DNA from: Chiloscyllium plagiosum
Lineage: Eukaryota
Direction of reading: 5' to 3'
NCBI RefSeq assembly: GCF_004010195.1
Contig: NC_057719.1
Coordinates: 5,820,570-5,884,569, forward strand
DNA length: 64,000 nucleotides
Positions 24,514-37,331 of the stretch are shown here, in pieces. A program made the position numbers and the translations under genes. How positions within the stretch are numbered: the first letter of the stretch is position 1; each line of letters starts with the position of its first letter. The notes under the pieces are model-generated. The model was not told the origin of the DNA. It did no database searches and saw nothing but the letters and a program-made list of their open reading frames with translations.

Positions 24514-25195
24514 TCCTGTTCCCTGGATGCTGCCTGACCTGCTGTGCTGTTCCAGCAATAAAGTTTCAACTTACCAAAGGGCAAGATAGGTGACTAGTTT
24601 CCAAACTGAGAAACCAGGTTTCATCGACCTGTTGAGTTGAAGGAGGATGCTCTACAATTGTCCCAATTTGAGAGCTTTTGAAGGCACAGCTGGAAAGCAA
24701 ATGGCTGACCTCTGGAAGGTACCCACTTCTCTTGCCACCAACATCCTCACCCAGTGCCTCTCCCTGCCATGACCCCACCCTATGAAGAGAGCATAAAAGG
24801 AACTTGCCTTCTCACTGTTGGATCCTCCCCTCACCCTAATGAATAGGCCTCAGCCAGCAGATGAAAGGAGCCGCTTCTGGAGACCTAGGGTTGCCAGCAT
24901 TGAGGCCTCTGATTTTCTGAGAGACCTGTCAATGCTTTGCCTGTCAACTCTCAATGTTCACCAATTCTCAATTGTGAATTTTCTTGGCATTGGGAGTGAC
25001 GTGTTAGTGCATAAAGATATTGATTGACATTGGTAAAGGAACCTTCATTTTACAAGTTTTTTTTTCAATTTCTTAGTTTCCTTATTTCATTTCTGAGTTT
25101 TCCATTTCAACGTAAGCTTAATGGACTGATGTCATACTGTGTCCTCTTGTGTGATCTATGTTCTGTGTGATCTATGTGATCTGTGTCCTCTTGTG

Positions 25196-25808
25196 TTGAG
25201 TTGTTGACAGTGAGGAAGGATGTGTCAGGTTACAGCGGGATATAGATAAGTTGCAGAGCTGGGCGGAAAGGTGGCAAATGGAGTTCAATGTAGGTAAGTG
25301 TGAGGTGATTCACTTTGGTAAGAGTAACAAAAAGACGGGGTACTGGGCTAATGGTCGGATACTTGGTAGTGTGGATGAGCAGAGGGATCTTGGTGTCCAT
25401 GTACACAGATCTCTGAAAGTTGCCAGGTAAATAGTGCGGTGAAGAAGGCATATGGCGTACTGGCTTTTATTGGTAGAGGAATTGAGTTCCAGAGGGTTTA
25501 GATAGGGTTGACCGTGAGAACCTTTTTCCACGTATGGAGTTAGCTATTACGAGGGGGCATAGCTTTAAATTAAGGGGTGGTAGGTATAGGACAGATGTTA
25601 GGGGTAGATTCTTTACTCAGCGAGTCGTGAGTTCATGGAATGCCCTGCCAGTAGCAGTGGTGGACTCTCCCTCATTATGGGCATTTAAGCGGGCATTGGA
25701 TAGGCATATGGAGGATAGTGGGCTATTGTAGGTTAGGTGGGCTTGTATCGGCGCAACATCGAGGGCCAAAGGGCCTGTACTGCGCTGTATTTTTCTATGT
25801 TCTATGTT
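25196..25808 (+). mobile_element. CR1 3' fragment with an internal deletion
   Basis: LQRDIDKLQSWAERWQMEFN and TRGHSFKLRGGRYRTDVR; ttctatgttctatg tail. Confidence 0.9.
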
Positions 25809-26544
25809 ATAATACAGATAACCATGTTTATATCACATGGCATTCCTTTTCTCTTTCGAGGGCTATGATATAAAGTGACAACTCTCTTGCTTGTATTTCA
25901 TTATACACTGATCTAGTGTTTTATCTCTTTCTGCTGATGTCTTTTTACAGTCACCACAAGTAGAATTCAGAATGCCTCTTTGATTAACCTTCACTGTTTT
26001 AATGTCTGCAAGATGATCGAAGACACAAAAAAGTTCTGACTTAATGTACACATTTGCGCAAAATATGTATAGAGTTTAATTTGCTAAAGTTCTTGTTTTG
26101 GTCTATAATATTCTCTCTATCAGTGGACTATAGATCCTTGCTATACTGTATTGGTGCTTCAGTACACTTCCAGCAAGGTCTTGTGTCAGTGATTTTCCCA
26201 CACAGCCAGTTCTTGATCTAAGGGAAATGCTAAGCAAAGATTATGAATGCTCCACATAGGGAGCAAAATACTTGGTGGCTGAGGTATCTCAGAGCTCATT
26301 AGGCATCTTCTGAGGATTATGTATTGTCAGCCTGACAGGCCACCCTCCAGCTGTCATAAATGCATGGTCCTACAGAACTGGAAAAATGTGTGCAATCCTT
26401 AGAGCTATGTTAATTGGAAAAGGATTCTAAAACTACACACGTATATTGCTGTTAATCACCAACAGCAGCTTGCACTTTTATGCAGCCTTAGATGCTCCAA
26501 GGTGTTTCATAAGAATGTTATCAAGTAGAATCTTGAGGTATGTG

Positions 26545-26942
26545 GGACACGACTCGGAGTTTTAGAAAGATGAAGGGAATCTGATTGAAATTTACAGAAT
26601 ACCGAATAGCCTGGACAGTGGATGTTGGAAAAGTGTTTCCATTGGCAGGACAGACGAGGATCCGGGTGCACATTGTTAGAGTAAAAGAAAGACCTTCTAG
26701 AACAGAGGTAAGAAGAAACTTCTTCAGCCAGGAAGTAGTTAATCTGTGGAATTCATTGCCACAGAACGCTGGGGAGGCCAGGTCATTGAGTATATTTAAA
26801 ACAGTGATAGATAAGTTCTTGATTGCCAAGGGGATCAAAGGTAAATGGGGTTGGAAAAAATCTATCAGCTACGATTGAATGGCAGAGCAGACACGATGGG
26901 CCGAATGGCCTAATTTCTGCTCCTTTGTCCTATGGTCTTCTG
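26545..26942 (+). mobile_element. CR1 3' fragment
   Basis: RRNFFSQEVVNLWNSLPQ. Confidence 0.85.
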
Positions 26943-27479
26943 GTCTAATCTGACATTGAGCTGCATGAAACTCTGGAATAAATTATTATAGGTGAAAGAG
27001 GCAGAGAAATTCAGGGAGGGAAATTCTGTAGCTGAGAGCCACATGCAAGGCATGACTGCGAATGATGGAACAAGAGACAAAAATGAGAGCAACTGAGCAT
27101 TCTCAAAAGGGTTGTAAGCTTAGACAAGATGATGGAGATAAGATGGGTAAAGGCCATGGAAGAAATTGAACACATGGATAATGATTTCAAAATTGAATCG
27201 TTTTATTTCTGTATCTCAATCTCTGACTCTTGCACTCTTGTTTCTCAGTTTGTTTCTCTTAGTCACTGTTGCCACCACCCTTTTTTTTATTTGTTCACAG
27301 GCTGTAGGTATCGCTGACTAGGCAATTTATTGCCCGTCCCAAATTGCCCAGAGGGCGGTTAAAAATCAGTCACGCTGCTGTGGGTCTGGAGTCACATGGA
27401 GTCCAGACCAGTTCAGGATGACAGTATCCTTCTCTAAAGGACATTAGTGAACCACTTTGTGCACCCTGTAAGATGACTG

Positions 27480-27703
27480 CTGTGTAATCCCTCAACGTGT
27501 AAAGTCACCCAAGCAGACTATAGGGCTAATCTCTTAGCGAGAGAGAGAAATGACTGGTGGTGAGTTTAACCTGAGGGTCACCAAGTGGGGTCATGAAGTG
27601 TGACCTTCCCTTTTACCTCCCCCAGTGCGGTAATTGACCCCACCCTGTTGGCATCGCTCTGCAATGCAAATCAACTATCCAGCCACCTGAGCTAACTGAC
27701 CCC
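27480..27703 (-). mobile_element. tRNA-derived SINE of a different family
   Basis: Minus head ggggtcagttagctcaggtggctgga...ggggtcaattaccgc (A/B-box-like); body unrelated to the V-SINEs. Confidence 0.6.
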
Positions 27704-28489
27704 TGACTGATTAATTAGTTACATCTGTATAAATAGTCTTCAAATTTCTCTATTTGTTTTTATCTTATCTTGGAACTGAGCTCCTCTTTGCAGCTGAAGA
27801 GAATTTCTCGGATTCAGTTCCTGCTTTCATACTTTTAATCTATCAAAAAACACAGAGCACTAATGAGCAGTTCCTACACATTATTCCTTGTTTCTACTTG
27901 TTAAAAACAAAGCATGCGGATTTTTCCAGTGTGTTATAGCTTTAGTATGGATCAGAAGAAGTCCCGATGTAAATACCCGAGTTGAAACTGTGATCAGTTA
28001 AAATATTATGGGGAGTACACATATTGTCATGATGCAGGTTGTGATTTTTTTGTCTGCCTGTTAGCTGCCTGATAGTATGCAGACCCTATTTGGGCCCTCG
28101 AAATTTACACAACTACCTTCTTAGTTACCTCCTTATTACTCAATGCTGTCCAGAGATAATGCAGTCCCATGTAAATGAGGCCTGAAAGTCATCAGGGTCC
28201 CTTCCTGGAAGTTGACTAGACCTATTTCTTTGTAACTATCCTGATCTATTATGAAATACTGAGTATTTCTCCCACACAGATTGTTTAGAAAGAACGTTTT
28301 TGAGCTGCACGCTGTTTCACTTCACCTGCTCATGATTGTCTTGTTTTCAGCTATTTGTTCACAGAAAGATGATGCAATGTATTTTCTTTGTTTTTAATGA
28401 ACACAGTCACCTTTAATCCTCTGAGAACATGCTAGTGGCTCACTAAGTAAAAGGAGCATCTAGTTAGTATTGAGCCAAGATCAAAAGAT

Positions 28490-28708
28490 TCTGGTTTCCT
28501 CCCACAGTCCAAAAATGTACAGGTTAGTAAGATTGATAATTGTAAATTCCCTGTAGTGTCCAGGGATGTGCAGACTTAAGTGGGTTAAACATGGTAAATG
28601 TAGGGTTACAGGAATAGGGTGGTGGGGAGGGGTGTTGGGTCTATGTGGGATGTTCTTCAGAGGTTCGGTGTAGATTGCAATCCCCACACTAAGGATTCCT
28701 GATTCTAT
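28490..28708 (+). mobile_element. 5'-truncated V-SINE
   Basis: Begins at ctggtttcctcccacagtcc. Confidence 0.8.
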
Positions 28709-29124
28709 CTTTTTTTAGCACAACCTGCCATCTTTTCCTCATGCATCCTCCTGGCTTTTCTTATTCTGCGGTTTGCATCATTTACCTGCTATTACTTCCT
28801 TACTTTCTCATCAGTATCCTTAGTCATCTAGGGTAAAGAGTGCTGTAACTTCTAATATCGTATTCATTTCTCATGGGTATGTAGATTTGCCCACTATTCA
28901 TTTCTCTTTATAAAGTCTCTCATTTTCTATCCACTGTTCCATCCACCAAAATGGGTTTCTGGTCAACCTGCTGCAGGCCAACTTTTAGACCCCTAGTCTG
29001 GGATCTTAATCCTTATCTGATTTTTATCCTTTTCCACTTCATATTGAACCTTATTGTAATATGGTCGCTATTTCCCAAATGCTCCCCCACTTTTTTTTGC
29101 TGTTCTCTTAATGTTTCTTCCCAG

Positions 29125-29577
29125 CCTCAGTGTGGATGTGGTGAGGTGCCGCAGGCAGCTCTCAGCACGGTCCCTTGGTGGCTCGTGGCATTGTCTCAGC
29201 TAGGTGTGCGATCAGGTCCTGCCTGGGAATGTTCCAGAGGCATGGGGGAAGATTTGGGAGAGCGAACGGTGAGGAAGATCCCCCAGTATCTGCAGCGATG
29301 GCTTCCAGTGTAGGCAGCTTATAAGTTTATTCCTTTATTTTTCTAGTTTATATTAAGAAGGACTTTAATGTTAACTCTTACATTATTTCTTTATTTTTCT
29401 ACTTCTATTAAGGTAATGCTTAACTTTTCAATTCTGTTTCTCTTCATACTTTGTACCTGAGTTTAATGTACCTAGACATCCTTTGTACCTAAGATTGGGC
29501 CATGAGACGTTACATTAGACACTTTTCACTGTACTCCTGTGCTTGAGTGCACGTGACAACAAAATCTAAATCTAATC
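29125..29577 (+). mobile_element. Non-autonomous element with a Rex1/Babar-type 3' tail
   Basis: GC-rich head, AT-rich middle, tail cttttcactgta...cacgtgacaacaaaatctaaatctaa. Confidence 0.55.
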
Positions 29578-29909
29578 CAACATCACAAGCTTTCCCAGAG
29601 TCTATGCCATCTTTACTGGTCAAAATGATGCACACTGCTGAGACTCTAAGCTACAAATAAATTTTCGAAGAGCTCTCCTCTCTTTGTTTTTTGGTTCGAG
29701 GAGCAGGGAGGGAGGGAAACACTACATGGTTGGGGCATCCCTATTCTTTAACACTGGGTCTTTCATGATCCACTTTGTAATTGTGGTGAGTGAGCCATCT
29801 TTTCCAAGAATCCCCCTGTCGCTTCTCACTACTGCCCTCTGTGCACCTCAGTGCAGTAAAGCAAGACTTCTGTTGTGTTTTGAACTTGTGTGTGCGGTCC
29901 TTTTAATGT

Positions 29910-30516
29910 GATTTATTATTGTCACATGTACCGAAATACAATGAAAAGTATTATTTTGCATCCTAACCAGACAAATTGTACCTTATGTAAGTACGTCAGG
30001 TTAATAGAACAGAATGCAGAATACAGTGCTAGAGCTACATATATTTAAGATCAACTTTAAATGTACGAGAATTCTGTTCATAAGTCTGATTACAGTCGGA
30101 AAGAAGCTGTTGTTAAATCCCTTGGTAGGTGACTTCAACTTGTGTATCTTCTGCCTGATGGAAGAGAGCATAAGCAGGATGTGAGTGGGCTTTTATTACA
30201 TTGGCTACTTTCCTGAGGAAGCAGGAATCAGTGGAAGTCTGGTTTTTGTGATGGATTGGACTGCATTCACTGTAATTTCTTGTGGTCTTGTGCAGAGTCA
30301 TTGTTGTATCACGCTGTGATACATCTAGATAGGGTGCCTTCTGTGGTGCATCTATAAAAATTTATAAGAGTCATTGTGGACATCCTGAATTTCCTTAGTC
30401 TTCTGAGGAAGTAGAGGCAATTGGTGTGCTTTCTTGACTGTAGTGTCAACGTGGATGGACCAGCACAGATTTTTGTTCATGTTTACTCCTAAGCATTTGA
30501 AGCTCTTGAACATCTC
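29910..30516 (-). mobile_element. Rex1/Babar-like LINE 3' part (resumes at 31742-31854 and probably ~33600-33890)
   Basis: Minus peptide FKCLGVNMNKNLCWSIHVDTTVKKAHQ and HSHPAYALF; 3' tail gtacatgtgacaataataaat. Confidence 0.65.
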
Positions 30517-31741
30517 AAGATACCTCATGATCCTTATTGAGTTCTTTAAGAAGGCGACCAAACAGGTGGATGAGAGTAAAGTGGTTGATGTGGTGTATAT
30601 GGATTTCAGTAAGGTGTTTGGTAGAGTTTCCCATGGTAGGCCATTGCACAAAATTAGGAGGCATGGGGTTTAGTGGTTTGGATCAGAAATTGGCTAGCTG
30701 AAATAAGGTAGAGGATAGTGGTTGATGGGAAATGTTCATCCTGGAATTCAGTAACTAGTGGGGTACCGCAAGGATCTGTTTTGGGTGTACTGTTGTTTGT
30801 CATTTTTATTAATGACCTGGATGAGGGCATAGAAGGATGGATTAGTAAATTTGCAGATGATACTAATGTCAGTAGAGTTGTGGGTGGTGATGAAGGATGT
30901 TGTAGGTTACAGAGAGACATTGGTAAGCTGCAGAGCTGGGCTGAGTTGAGAGGTGACAAATGGAGTTTAATGCAGAAACGTGTGAGGTGATTCACTTTGG
31001 AAGGAGTAACAGAAATGTGGAGCACCTGGCTAATAGTAAGATTCAGCAGGGAGGTCTTGGTGTCCAGGTACATGGATCCTTGAAAATTCCCACCCAGGTT
31101 GATAGGGTTGTTAAGAAGGCATACGGTGTGTTAGTTTTTATTGGGAGAGGGATTGAGTTTTGGAACCATGAGATCATGCTGCAGCTGTATAAAACTCTGG
31201 TGCAGCCACATTTGGATTATTGTGTACAGTTCTAGTCACGTATTATAGGAAAGATGTGGAAGCTTTGGAAAGGGTTCAGAAGAGACTTACTAGGATGTTG
31301 CCTGGTATGGAGGGAAGGTCATATGAGGAAAGGCTGAGGGACTTGAGGCTGTTTTCGTTAGAGAGAAGGTGGTTGAGAGGTGAGTTAATTGAGACATATA
31401 GAAAATTAACAGAGGGTTAGATAGGGTGGACAGGGAGAGCCTTTTTCCAAGAATGGTGACGGTGAGCACGAGGGGGCATAGCTTTAAATTGAGGGGTGAT
31501 AGATATAGGACAGATGTCAGAGGTAGTTTCTTTCCTCAGAGAGTAGTAGGGGCGTGGAATGCACTGCCTGCAACAGTAGTAGATTCGCCAACTTTATGGC
31601 CATTTAAATGGTCATTGGATAGGCATATGGACGAGAATGAAATAGTGTAGGTTAGATGGGCTTCAGACTGGTTTCACAGGTCGGCGCAGCATCAAGGGCC
31701 GAAGGGCATGCACTGCGCTGTAATGTTCTATGTTCTATCTC
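30517..31741 (+). mobile_element. CR1 (HER1-like) LINE 3' fragment nested in the Rex1-like LINE
   Basis: RT motifs VDVVYMDFSKVF, GVPQGSVLG, SKFADDT; tail gttctatgttcta; atctc repeated at both junctions. Confidence 0.92.
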
Positions 31742-31854
31742 TACTCAGCACCATTGATACAGGCAGTGGCATGACCTCCATTCCACTTCCTAAATTCGAT
31801 GACCAATTCCTTTGTTTTGCTGATGTTGAGGAAGAGATTGTTGTCTTTACACCA

Positions 31855-32354
31855 NNNNNNNNNNNNNNNNNNNNNNNNNNNNNNNNNNNNNNNNNNNNNN
31901 NNNNNNNNNNNNNNNNNNNNNNNNNNNNNNNNNNNNNNNNNNNNNNNNNNNNNNNNNNNNNNNNNNNNNNNNNNNNNNNNNNNNNNNNNNNNNNNNNNNN
32001 NNNNNNNNNNNNNNNNNNNNNNNNNNNNNNNNNNNNNNNNNNNNNNNNNNNNNNNNNNNNNNNNNNNNNNNNNNNNNNNNNNNNNNNNNNNNNNNNNNNN
32101 NNNNNNNNNNNNNNNNNNNNNNNNNNNNNNNNNNNNNNNNNNNNNNNNNNNNNNNNNNNNNNNNNNNNNNNNNNNNNNNNNNNNNNNNNNNNNNNNNNNN
32201 NNNNNNNNNNNNNNNNNNNNNNNNNNNNNNNNNNNNNNNNNNNNNNNNNNNNNNNNNNNNNNNNNNNNNNNNNNNNNNNNNNNNNNNNNNNNNNNNNNNN
32301 NNNNNNNNNNNNNNNNNNNNNNNNNNNNNNNNNNNNNNNNNNNNNNNNNNNNNN
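31855..32354. other. Assembly gap (500 N)
   Basis: N run. Confidence 1.
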
Positions 32355-33582
32355 CAACACCTTGTACAATTGCAGCAGAACCGCCTTGCTCTTAAATTCA
32401 ATCCCTCCAGCAATGAAAGCTCATATTCCGTTTACCTTCCAGATTACCTGTTTACCTGGAAATCAACTTTTAGCAGTTCATGCACGAGCACTCTTAAGTC
32501 CCTCTGCACAACAGCATGCTGCAATCTTTCACCATTTCAATAATACTCTGGCCTATTATATTTACTTCCTGGATAATCTCACATTTACCAACATTGTACT
32601 TCATCTGCCAGACCCTTGCTCACTCACCCAACCTATCCAAATTTCTCTGCAGACCCTCCATATCCTCTGCACAGTTTGCCTTTCCACTCGATTTAGTGTC
32701 ATCAGCAAACATGGATACGTTACACTCAGCCTGCTCTTCCAAATCATTTATAGAAATCATGAACAGTTATGGACCTAACACCGACCCTTGCAGTATCCCG
32801 CTCACCAGTGATCTCCACTCAGAGGATCACCCATTAATCTGAGTTCTCTGCTTTCTATTGGCTAACCAGTCCTCTATCCATGCTAATACATTCCCCACAA
32901 CTCCATGCATTCTTACCTTATGGATGAGTCTTTTATTTGGCACGTTATTGAACGCCTTCTGAAAATCCAAGTATACAACATCTACCTGTTCCCCTCTCCA
33001 TCCAACGCTCTTGTTACATTTTCAAAGAACTCCAGTACCTTTCTCAAACACAACCTTCCCTTCCTGAATCCATACTGCGTCTGTGGGATGGTACCCATTT
33101 TATCCAGATGTCTCACTATTTCTTCTTTAATGATAGCCTCCAGCATTTTCCCGACTGCAGATGTTCAGCCAACTGGCCCATAGTTAACCGCCTTTTGCCT
33201 ACATCCTTTTTTAAACAGCAGTGTGACATTCACTGTCTTCCAGTCCACTGGGACCTGTTTGGAGTCCAGTGAATTTTGGTACATTACCACCAATCCATCT
33301 ACTATAACTTCTGCCATTTCTTTCAACACCCTGGGATGCATTCCATCAGGACTAGGGGACTTATCTATCTTTAGACCCTCACATTTGCTCAAAATTACCC
33401 CTTTAGTGATAACAATTGTTAAGAATCGTATCCTTAATATCAATCTTTGGCATGTTAGACATATCTTCCACTGTGTAGTCTGACGCAAAATAGTTATTCA
33501 AGGCCTCGGCTGTTTTAGTACTACCTGATATTAATTCCCCTTTCTCAACCTGCAAGGGACATATGTCCACTTTAGCCACCCT
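32355..33582 (-). mobile_element. CR1 ORF2 fragment
   Basis: KSPSPDGMHPRVLKEMA, DWKTVNVTLLFKKG and downstream RT motifs. Confidence 0.88.
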
Positions 33583-33920
33583 GGTGGTCTGACCAATTGC
33601 AGCTAGAACATGAAGCCTTGCAGTTGTCCTTAAAAATAAGAAAGGCTATCTTCTTAATATGTTCTGAAGGGGGTTTAATCTGGTCCTTGTTGCTTGTGTT
33701 GAAGAGTATTATGGATGTGGTGTTATCGCTTATCCTTACTGATTACAATCAGTGGGTAAGGAAGTCAAGGATCCATTTGCAGATCAGGAAGCAGAGTTCT
33801 TGTTCGCAGAGTTTGGAGATTAGTTTTCTTGGAATTATGGTGTTGAAGGTGGAGCCCAAGTCAATAAATAGGTGGTGGTGTTATCCAGATGTTTTACTTC
33901 ACTGTGTCATTTTATTCCAG

Positions 33921-34058
33921 GCTAACAGGGATGCAGTGCTTAGCCGGATCCCAGAACACAACAACGATCGCATTATCAGTTTACAGAGTGCCTCCATTGT
34001 CTACGATCTTCTAACAATCGCACTAGGAAGGCGTGGTCAATATGAAATGCTGTCTGAG
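33921..34058 (+). CDS. TTC7B: TTC7B internal exon D (138 nt): ANRDAVLSRIPEH...ALGRRGQYEMLSE
   Basis: ttttattccag acceptor; GTGAGT donor at 34059; phase 0/0. Confidence 0.96.
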
Positions 34059-34261
34059 GTGAGTTCAATCAAGGAGATTCATACAAGGCACAATCAGAAC
34101 ACAGATAGAAAGCTGTGAACAAGTCTGGGACTGTTACCTAAGGAAAGATATACTGGCATTGGAGGCAGTCCAGAGAAGGTTCACTAGGAGAGACTAGCTT
34201 TTGAGAAAATCTTGAGCAGATGGACCTATTAGAACTATAGAAAGAGGTGCAACCTTTTTGG

Positions 34262-34367
34262 GGAGAAAGTGAGGTCTGCAGATGCTGGAGATCAAAGTTG
34301 AAACTTTATTGCTGGAACAGCACAGCAGGTCAGGCAGCATCCAGGGAACAGGAGATTCGACGTTTCG
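34262..34367 (-). mobile_element. Young PLE family 1 terminus inserted in CR1
   Basis: 34266-34367 is identical over 102 nt to 24349-24450; truncated inside the hammerhead. Confidence 0.85.
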
Positions 34368-34909
34368 AGCAAAATTCTTAAGAGGTCTAGACAGGGTAGA
34401 TGTGGAAAGTTTGTTTTCCCCATGTGGGAAAGTATAGGATTAGAGGGTATAATCTTGAACAAGGGCTCACAGAGATGAGGAGGAATTTCTTCTCTAAGGG
34501 TAATGAATCTGGAATTCTGTACTACTGAAGCCAGGACATGAAGTGTATTGAAGGATGAGATCAGCCATGAGTGGGCTGAATGGCCTACTTCTGCCCCTAT
34601 ATCTTATGATCTTAAGACAAGTTATTGGAAAGTCAGATCATTGCGGGCATACCTTTTGCCCAACATTGCACCAGCTGAATATGACCAATTCTGCATTTGC
34701 TTCGTATTGCACAAAATGGTGACATTTTAGCAGTTTTGAATTTTTTCATTCGTTCATAGGATGTGGGCATTCATTGCCATCTGTATTTCCCAGAGAACAG
34801 TTAAGGGTCAACCACATTACTGTGGGTCTGGAAAACATGTAGGCCAGGTCAGGTAAGAATGGTAGATTTCCTTCCCTAAAGAATCTTTACTGAAGATTCC
34901 TGATGAAAG

Positions 34910-36295
34910 CTTTATTGAAGTCCATGTAGACAACATCAATGTCTTTTCCCTCATCAATCATCCTCATCACCTCCTCAAAAATCTCAACCAAATTAATGAG
35001 GAACGATCTCCCCCTCGCTAAACCATGCTGTCTATCACTAATAAATCCATTTGCTTCAAATCTTGTCCCTGAGGATCTTTCTCAATAATTTCCCTTCCAC
35101 CAATATGAGACTCACAGGCCTGTAATTTTCAGGATTATCCCAGCTACCCTTAAACAATGGGACAACATTTGCCATTCTCCAGTCCTCTGGGACCTCACCT
35201 ATTGGCAAAGCGGTTACAAAGATGTCTGTCAATACTCCAGCAATTTGTTCTCTAGCCTCCCTCAATGTTTTGGGTTAGATTCCATCAGTATAAGGAGCAT
35301 ATCTACCGAAATACTTTTTAAGACGGACAGCACCTCATCCTTTTTAATAGCAACTTGGCTTAGAAACTCAACACTCCCTTCCCCGAGATCTTTTTGGTGA
35401 ATACCGACTTAAAGTATTTGTTTAGGACCTTACCTACCTCTTCTGGCTCCACACACACATTCCCTCCTTTGTCCTTGAGTGGACCAACCCTTTCCATGGC
35501 TACCCTCTTGGTTTTTATCTATGAATAAAAAGCCTTGGAATTCTCCTTAATCCAGTTTGCTAGGAACTTTTCATGCCCTCTTTTTGCCCTTTTAATTTCT
35601 TGTTTAGGTTCTTTCCTACTTTCTGTACATACTTCAAGGATTTCATCAATTCCAGTACTCCTACATCTTACATATGCTACCTTTTTCTTTTTGACCAATG
35701 TCATAACATCTCTAGTCATCCAAGGTTAACGTTACTTGCCATACTTATCCTTCATTCTCGCAGGAACGTGCCACTCCTGAACTCTTATCAATTGCTGTTT
35801 GAAATACCCCCATGTGTCCGATGCAGATTTACCCTCAAACAGGCACCTCCAATCAAATTTCTCCAGTTCCTGCCTAATATTGTTATAGATCGTCTTCCCC
35901 CAATCTAATGCTTTCACCCAAGGGCTGCTGTTATCCCTGTTTATGAGTACCTTAAAACTCTCAGTATTATGGTCACTACTCCCGAAATACTTCCCCATTG
36001 GAAGTTCACTCACCTGGCCAGGATCATTTCCCAAAACTAGGTCGAGTATGACTCCTTCCCTGGTTGGACTGTTTACATTTTGTGTCAAAAAACCCTCCTG
36101 CGTGGTCCTTACAAATTCTGCCCCATCCAAGTTCCAAGCACATAGTGAGTCCCAGCCTATATAGGGGGAGTTAAAACTATGCTGTCTTTACATCTTTCCA
36201 AAATCTGTCTACATATTCTCTCTCCTTTCTCCCACTGGCTGTTGGGAGGCCTGTCATGTGTCCCCAGCATTGTGATTTCACCTTTCCTATTTCTG
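34910..36295 (-). mobile_element. CR1 ORF2 fragment (endonuclease to RT start)
   Basis: PTREGVILDLVLGN, SSDHN, DWRMANVVPLFK, NYRPVSL. Confidence 0.88.
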
Positions 36296-36384
36296 AAGTA
36301 ACATGCAAATCTCTACTTACCTTCAGGAATTAAGAAGAAGTTGAGTATAATGCACTACCATCCACTTCGAAAAAGTGTCTATCA

Positions 36385-36795
36385 ATGGTCCCTTTCCTTT
36401 TCCCTCTGCTGTTTTTCTCTCCTGCATTATTCTTTGCTCTTTCTCTTTTCCTGCTGATTACATTTTCCTTCTGAGTTTTGTTCTCTCTCACTTTTCTTCT
36501 GAAGATATTTTCTTTAAAATGCCTTCCATTTGTCTTCCTTTCTCCAGCACTTTTTTCCCATTCTGTTTTCAATTTTTTCTTCCACCCACATTCCCCCTTC
36601 AGCTACTCTGTGCATACTCTGTTTGCGACCCTTTTCCCTCTCTTCCTGTCTGTCACCTTTTTATGGCTCTCCCTGTGGTTTTTGTTTACTTCTGTGTCAC
36701 GCTTTATAAAAAATCTCTTGTCCTCCCTTTTGTTTCCACTGCTGTCCCTCCGTCTCATCTCCGTGTCTCTCCTCTTCCATCTTTTTCCCCTAACC
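36385..36795. repeat. Pyrimidine-rich low-complexity tract
   Basis: About 400 nt of mostly C/T on +; a similar tract lies at ~12790-13215. Confidence 0.7.
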
Positions 36796-37331
36796 CAACA
36801 GTCGGATAACACTGAGAAGCAGGCAGTTTGATTTCCAATGGTTGGTAACGGTGTTATGGCTGCCTGAATAGGGAGTGCTTTAATCTGAATTAATTTATAA
36901 GTTATTGCTGATCTTCTCAATCTATCCAGTTTCCTTTCCTCATTTAAGATTTTTACTTAAACCCTAACTGTTAACACTATTAGCTGTCTCCTAACATGGG
37001 GACACAATTTTCCTTTGCTTGCTGTCAAGCATCATGTGCCATTTTTCTATACTAAAGTTGCTATATAAATGCAAGCTTTTCCATGTTATCAGATATAAAT
37101 TTGAGGCATTGTGCAATATAAAGTCGCTTTTATCTCTTGGTTCCTGTGCAGCACTGTCTTGATATAATCAAGATCTACTTTAGGTACTGGCTGTAAGGGT
37201 TTTGTGTGCAATAATTTTGGACCACTCCAATCCAACCCCTCATACCCGGGGGCCTGTGGTGTAAAATTGCCCATCATTGGACATGGGCAATTTCACCAAG
37301 TCTGCAATGCTTGGTGAGAGAAGTGGAGGTA

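Larger units (their letters stand above)
24351..24569. mobile_element. Fold-back PLE family 1 mini-element
   Basis: Perfect 95-bp inverted arms 24378-24472 / 24478-24572 with a 5-nt spacer; TSD CTTACCAAAGGGCAA at 24336-24350 and 24570-24584. Confidence 0.88.

Noticed and set aside
24375..24593. Near-identical ORFs on both strands (YCWNSTAGQAASREQ...)
   Set aside because: A by-product of the palindrome; the sequence is a non-coding repeat terminus.
31708..32778. 356-aa ORF and overlapping ORFs
   Set aside because: Artefact of the N gap; the flanks are LINE debris.
33597..33920. ORF extension upstream of exon D (likewise 14709-14963 and 61453-61632)
   Set aside because: Open intronic sequence beyond strong splice sites, partly LINE- or SINE-derived.
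36330..36920. Lys/Arg/Glu-rich and hydrophobic ORFs
   Set aside because: Explained by purine/pyrimidine strand skew; no recognisable domain or splice structure.
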